Source: Chromera velia (Eukaryota). From it: a stretch of DNA of 50,816 nt. Of the stretch, positions 47,801 through 50,816 are shown piece after piece; the first letter of the stretch is position 1; every line of letters starts with the position of its first letter. The notes beneath the pieces were generated by a model that did no database searches, was not told the origin of the DNA, and saw only the letters and a list, made by a program, of their open reading frames with translations. The stretch is from NCBI GenBank assembly GCA_018398765.1, contig JAHBMJ010000308.1, positions 1-50,816 of the forward strand, given 5' to 3'. The position numbers and the translations under genes are program-made.

Positions 47801-49322
47801 GCGGGAGACAATCAAGGCAATCACCCATTCCGGAGAAACCGGAGAAGGGCCCATCGTACCCCTTCACTTCTCATCCAACTCAGACTCTGCCTCTCCCTTC
47901 TCTGACCCTCCTTTCGTCCGTGCCCCCACACACCTGAAGGCACTTGTTCTGTCTCTCTTCGCACAGTCCGCAGAGGCAAACAGAAAAGGGGAGGAGGACT
48001 CAACAGTGGCCTCGGCATGTCTCGTTCTGTCTGCAAATGTGCTTCGGAGGATCGCCTCTGGCCTCCCGGCCATCCCTGACCTCAAAAAAAGCGGAAGAGC
48101 CCCCCCCCTGCCCCCTCCCGTCTCACCCCCTCAGCCCGCAGATGCTTCTCCCATGTCTCTCGAAGACCACGAGTCTTCCTCTGCCTCTGCCGCTGGGTTT
48201 GTATCTCAACTGAGACCCACACTACCACCAGCAGCAGGAGGAGCAGCCCCCCTACCTTCTTCGAGCCTGCCTGAGACAAAGGATTGCTCAAGAAAGAAAG
48301 GGTCAGATTCTGGTGTGGACGGCAGGGGTGCATGGAAAGAAGCAGGACGGGTAGAGTTGGAGGCCGCAGCGCTTTTGGGTGTCACCCCTGTCGTGTTCAA
48401 GAAGAGAGTCTGTAACTTCAGTCTGGACCAGACCACAACTGCATGGCGTCGTTTTGTGTCTCTGCAACAGGGAGAAGTGGACAGAGACCCGACTGCTGCT
48501 GTCACCCCTGAAGGCCCAACCACAAGCAGGCAGAAGCCGTTAGCTCCGACCGAAGCTCTCTCGTCAATTTCATCGCATCCCAGCGAAAGTTTGCCTTCTG
48601 GACTCTCCCCCATTTCGTCTTTCAAGAAGGGACTAGGGAGGAACGCGGATTTACTTGACGATTTGGATGAGTGCTTCGAACTCATTGACTTTTGGGGGAC
48701 GCTCAAATATGGTGAGTCTAGTCTTTGGCCGAGGGATCTCCTTTGCTTTGGGTTGAGTTGTCTCCCTGTTGGTGTTCGTCTTCCCGTCGCTTCATCTGCC
48801 TTGCACGTTAAACTACAGATGACGGTTTTCTTCCAACACTCTATATCGGATCGATTCGTTTGATGATTGTGGTCATGGAAAACAATTCACTACGTGCAGG
48901 TTATTTTGGGTTCCGTTCGCTCCGTGTTGTGCACGATGGGGATCTCTGCCTGAATGTGAAGTGGGGTGCTCCGGTCGGTTTTTTCTTTTTTGTCTCTTTC
49001 CATCCTTTCTGGCGGCTCTTCTGGTTTTTCGTCTCCGCTTTTCTCTTTGGTCTCTTGGCGCAGCTGGTTTTTCTGAGTAGCTTTGGTATGGGGAATTGTG
49101 TGTAATATTAGTTCAGTGTTGAAGCGCGTGTTCCAAACTTAAAGACAAAATGGAGGTCAAAAAAGACAGTACACAAATATGTACAACTTAGCAGACGAAT
49201 GAAATCTGTACCGATTTATGTAATTTCTTTGTCAACTGTCTGTTCTTGTGCAGGATCATATTTTTGCCGTTTCTTTCTTTCAGTGCCTCTCTGACATCCC
49301 GTCAGCTTTGAAAACTAGTTGA
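43601..49322 (+). CDS. INTS11: Integrator subunit 11 / CPSF73-like (CPSF3L) metallo-beta-lactamase beta-CASP endoribonuclease, 10 exons, ~884 aa
   Basis: Exons 43601-43942, 44158-44487, 44850-45106, 45384-45509, 45940-46102, 46855-46882, 47111-47319, 47655-48711, 48900-48973, 49254-49322. Motifs LGAGQ.VGRSC, DCGMHMG..D.R.YPDF (INTS11-type), [88 protein letters not shown]. Confidence 0.93.
44476..44597 (+). repeat. 28-bp minisatellite (~4.4 copies) built from an INTS11 exon end + splice donor
   Basis: GG|GTGAGT at 44488, 44516, 44544, 44572. Confidence 0.93.
46480..46848. repeat. (GGAT)n microsatellite with a higher-order ~56-68 bp unit (x4), in INTS11 intron 5
   Basis: GATGGATGCATGGAGAGATGGCTGGATCCTTGTATG repeated four times amid GGAT runs. 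Confidence 0.93.
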
Positions 49323-49568
49323 CAGAACGCATGAGTTCCTTCGGAGATCTAGTCGGAGATAACAGTAGAAAGAGGCTTGGTGGCAGGCTTTCTTAAGTGA
49401 TGAAACCTTAGAAGAACGTTCCTAGCGGAGTAGCTAGGTCGCTGGACACACATCCGTCACACACACATCGAGATTTATAAAGTCTGGTAAAGAAGAAGCG
49501 TTCATCCCGAGCTGATCTAGGAGCTGCTCTGAAACCTCTCTTTAGTAAACAATCAAATTGGAAGCTAG

Positions 49569-49749
49569 ATTGGAAGAGGATTTGAGAGGTTGGAGGAGGC
49601 TTCTTGAGGCTGTGACACATTGGAAACGCCTGTGACAAATTGGAAGAGGATTTGAGAGATCCGAGGAGGCTTTTTGAGGTTGTGACACATTGGAAACGCC
49701 TGTGACAAATTGGAAGAGGATTTGAGAGGTTGGAAGAGGCTTTTTGAAG
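49569..49749. repeat. Minisatellite, ~2.6 copies of a 70-bp unit
   Basis: ATTGGAAGAGGATTTGAGAG starts at 49569, 49639, 49709. Confidence 0.92.
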
Positions 49750-50133
49750 CAATAATTATGCTAAAAAAATTATGATTTGCATACATTTCATTTTATAAAG
49801 ATAAACTGGCATTTAAAACTGCCAGTGAAATGAGAAAAAAAAAATTATTTAGCTTTATCATTTATTTGTATTTTAGGTTTTCTATGCCATTTAGTGAATC
49901 ACGTAATAAAGCATAACGTAGCACAAAGCTGAACTATCGCTAAACTACTACAAAAGTACAATAGCTTACAGAACAGAAAATAGTAGTAAAAAGCAATTAT
50001 GATGGTGATAATGATAATCAACTCTATGTACCAGTATGTATAGTGAGACGGCATGTTTCTCTTAAAAACAAAAGCAAATATTGAGAGACGTCAAATTGTC
50101 GCACATCTCTTTCTGCATGCCACTTGTGTCACT

Positions 50134-50706
50134 TCAGGGTATTTCTTGGAACATCACACTGCGGAGGTCGGGAGGGACAAGAGAGTCCATAACCCTTGCA
50201 TCAGACCGCTCCCCGTCTTCCATCGTTGCTCCCTTGAGAAGGAGTTCACGAGCAACCTCCCACTGGTGTGTGTGCACAGCAGCAAAGAGAGGACTCTTCA
50301 AAGGGCGCCTTTTCTCTTCTTCCCCATCCTCGTCCCTCGCCCGTCTCCTCCCTGCGTGACGTGTTTTGTTTCTTCTCTCCACTGACACACCCCTCTCAAG
50401 CAGCGCCCTCACACCCTCCACCCACCTCTTCTCAATCGCAACAACGAGGGGACAGGAGTCCCACCCCGGACCCTTGGGGATGACATCTCGATCCCCCCAC
50501 GGATACTCTCCCATAACTTCCAAGGGCGCAGTCCTGATGATCTGCAGAAGCAGAGGCCCTCTCGCTTCTTCCAGAGAGATCAGGTCGGCAAGCCAGGAAC
50601 CTGAACCCAAAACTGGCACCGGGAAAGGGGGCCCAAATCTCTTTCTCGGGTTCAGCGGTAAAGGCCAGCTGGCAGGAGCAGAGAGAAGATCAACTCGGGC
50701 TCCTGC
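50134..50706 (-). CDS. Ankyrin-repeat protein, last exon (gene continues beyond the window)
   Basis: Ankyrin-like CPLVVAIEKRWVEGVRALLERGVSV and SPLFAAVHTHQWEVARELLLKGA. (GT)n-GCAG acceptor at 50707, stop at 50134. Confidence 0.8.
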   Translation of the reverse strand, partial: AGARVDLLSAPASWPLPLNPRKRFGPPFPVPVLGSGSWLADLISLEEARGPLLLQIIRTAPLEVMGEYPWGDRDVIPKGPGWDSCPLVVAIEKRWVEGVRALLERGVSVERRNKTRHAGRRRARDEDGEEEKRRPLKSPLFAAVHTHQWEVARELLLKGATMEDGERSDARVMDSLVPPDLRSVMFQEIP

Positions 50707-50707
50707 C

Positions 50708-50753
<46 letters not shown>

Positions 50754-50816
50754 CACACATACATACACACAGACATACAAACACACACATACATGCACCC
50801 CCGCACCCCCCCCCTT

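Overview
Eukaryotic, intron-rich genomic DNA (GT-AG introns full of microsatellites, low-complexity S/E/G-rich proteins). The style suggests an alveolate such as Chromera velia; this is inference only. Splice phases were traced by hand. Six complete genes form three head-to-head pairs: (1) a RING-H2 protein with a duplicated N-terminal module and glycine zippers (-) with a secreted His-rich protein (+); (2) a 19-exon DCAF8/WDTC1-family WD40 protein ending in a CaaX box (-) with a ~2150-aa low-complexity protein of unknown function (+); (3) WDR4/Trm82 (-) with INTS11/CPSF73-like beta-CASP nuclease (+). The last exon of an ankyrin-repeat gene sits at the right edge. AT-rich spacers between convergent genes carry minisatellites and element relics. 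The most unusual signal is a recurrent architecture seen at 8-9 loci: a 29-69 bp direct duplication of host sequence flanking a 28-73 bp AT-rich filler. The fillers include two sequence families, some form hairpins, and several duplicate splice junctions. A second signal is a palindrome + (TCAA)n terminus shared by two loci 33 kb apart. No tRNA, rRNA or CRISPR array was recognised.
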